A stretch of DNA of 64,000 bases from Vicugna vicugna (lineage: Eukaryota), in contig MU058054.1 in assembly GCA_013265495.1 (NCBI GenBank), positions 186,001-250,000 on the forward strand, written 5' to 3'. Shown here one piece after another: positions 62,050-64,000 of the stretch. Position numbers and translations under genes: made by a program. Position 1 is the first letter of the stretch. Each line of letters starts with the position of its first letter. The notes under the pieces are model-generated. The model was not told where the DNA came from, ran no database searches, and saw only the letters and a list, made by a program, of their open reading frames with translations.

Positions 62050-62340
62050 TCTCTGGAGGCGGGAGCAAAAAAGAAATGCCTGGTGTGCAGCGGCGTGTAG
62101 CCGGGAAAGGCACTGGAGGGGAGCTGGGGAAAGCGCTGGCGGGCTGCAGACGCTGCGCGGCGTCCACTTCCGAAGCGCCTGCTAAAGGCTCTGCAGGAGC
62201 GAGTCGGCGCAGAAGCCAGGATCTTCTTCCGCGGAGCCGCCGCCCCCTGGTGGCCGCTTGCGGACATTACAGCTGCTCCATAGGCCCCCGCCTCCCCGCG
62301 CAGGTGGGGAGGGGCTGAGTTGCCACTCACACGTCCAGCA
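62050..62340. promoter_or_regulatory. Small CpG island with a CTCF motif
   Basis: CpG-dense; 62239-62255 on the minus strand reads GGCCACCAGGGGGCGGC (CTCF core consensus); ETS-like CACTTCCG at 62165-62172. Confidence 0.75.
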
Positions 62341-62724
62341 AATGAGAGACACTTAGCGGGCTCCTAACCTCCTGACACTTGTCAGAAAGGGAAGCCACGC
62401 CTCGGTGAACCAGCACTGTAACCCGGGACTCCAGATGTCCCACCCCATGGATGCTTACAACAACTTCTGGTAATCGTTAAAGCAAAAGGCACCAGGCAAT
62501 AAAGGAGATTCTGTTCCGGCTATTGCACTAGGGAGAAGGTTCATTAACGTCTCCAGGGAAGAGCCCTGAGGTTTTAGACAAGCCGGTGAACCAACGAGTC
62601 ATCAGCCAGTCTCGTGGGAATAATAAAAAAGGGTGGAGACGGGTTGTTTTCTTGGAATAGGTGAGCGCAAGGTGGTCCTTTGCAGTTAATTTCCCCAGAA
62701 GGGAAAGAGGTGGGGAAATGTCTT

Positions 62725-63385
<661 letters not shown>

Positions 63386-63499
63386 TTAATTATCGCTGCC
63401 TTTCTGGAGCACAGGACTCAAATTAAGTTCAATATTGTCATCATAAATGGACCCCGCTGCAGGATGACCATGTAAGAGCTGAGGCCGGTGAGGTGATGT

Positions 63500-63991
63500 G
63501 GACACACTTCTGTTGGATCTGGGTGGACCTTTATAACGGCCCCAACCAACAGGCAGAAGTGACCCTGAATGATTTCTTAGGTTAAGTCATCAAAGTTAAT
63601 AAGACTTCCACCTGGCTGGCTGGCTGGCTCGTGCTCTCTCTCTCTCTCTGTACTTGCCCTTGGAACTCAGCCCCTACTTTGTGAGGAAGTCCAGGCTCCA
63701 CAAGATGCCACGTGGGCAGTTCTGGTTAACAGCCCTAGCTGGGCCCCAGCTGGGTGACAGCCAGCACCAACCAGAGGTGGACGAGCCTTCAGATGATTCA
63801 GGCCAAGCTAGAGACTCAAGCTTTTGAGCCTTCCTGCTAAGGCCTCGGACATCATGGAGAAAAGGCAAGCCACCCCTGCCATACCCTGTCTAAATTCCTG
63901 ATGCACAGAAACTGCAAGAGATTATAAATGATTATTGTTTCTGGCTGTTAAGGTTTGGGGGGGTAATATGTGCAGCTGTACTCACTGGAAC
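63500..63991 (+). mobile_element. MaLR LTR (MLT1G/H-like)
   Basis: TGTGAGGAAGTCCAGG...AAATTCCTGATGCACAGAAACTG...AGGTTTGGGGGGGTAATATG..CTGGAACA. Confidence 0.65.
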
Positions 63992-64000
63992 ATGCAGCAT

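Noticed and set aside
61781..62330. ORFs over the CpG island
   Set aside because: Low-complexity G/A/R/P-rich translations expected from GC-rich DNA

Overview
Mammalian non-coding DNA, most likely camelid (inferred from about nine tRNA-Ala-derived SINEs of the Tylopoda/Vic-1 type plus one shared young L1 3'-UTR family). No intact protein-coding gene is supportable: the listed ORFs are chance ORFs or repeat-derived. The window is mostly layered transposable-element fossils: L1, L2, MIR, MaLR/MLT1, ERVL (LTR16/HERV16-like and MER21-like with pro/RNaseH/IN remnants), an ERV1-type solo LTR and hAT-Charlie elements. It also holds two L1-mobilised retrocopies: a full-length U6 snRNA fused to an L1 3' end (20604-20846) and a full-length processed RPL29 pseudogene (62725-63377). 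Other notable structures are an L1 joined to an unidentified polyadenylated 3'-UTR-like segment inside one TSD, a fold-back templated-insertion scar, a short interstitial telomeric repeat, two SINEs inserted at the same nick, a recent 241-bp tandem duplication, and a CpG island with a near-consensus CTCF site. A 477-N assembly gap abuts a second CpG-rich segment. I found no evidence of a new biological system; the best signals are unusual retrotransposition and DNA-repair products. Repeat family names come from pattern recognition without a database search, and boundaries not defined by a TSD are approximate.
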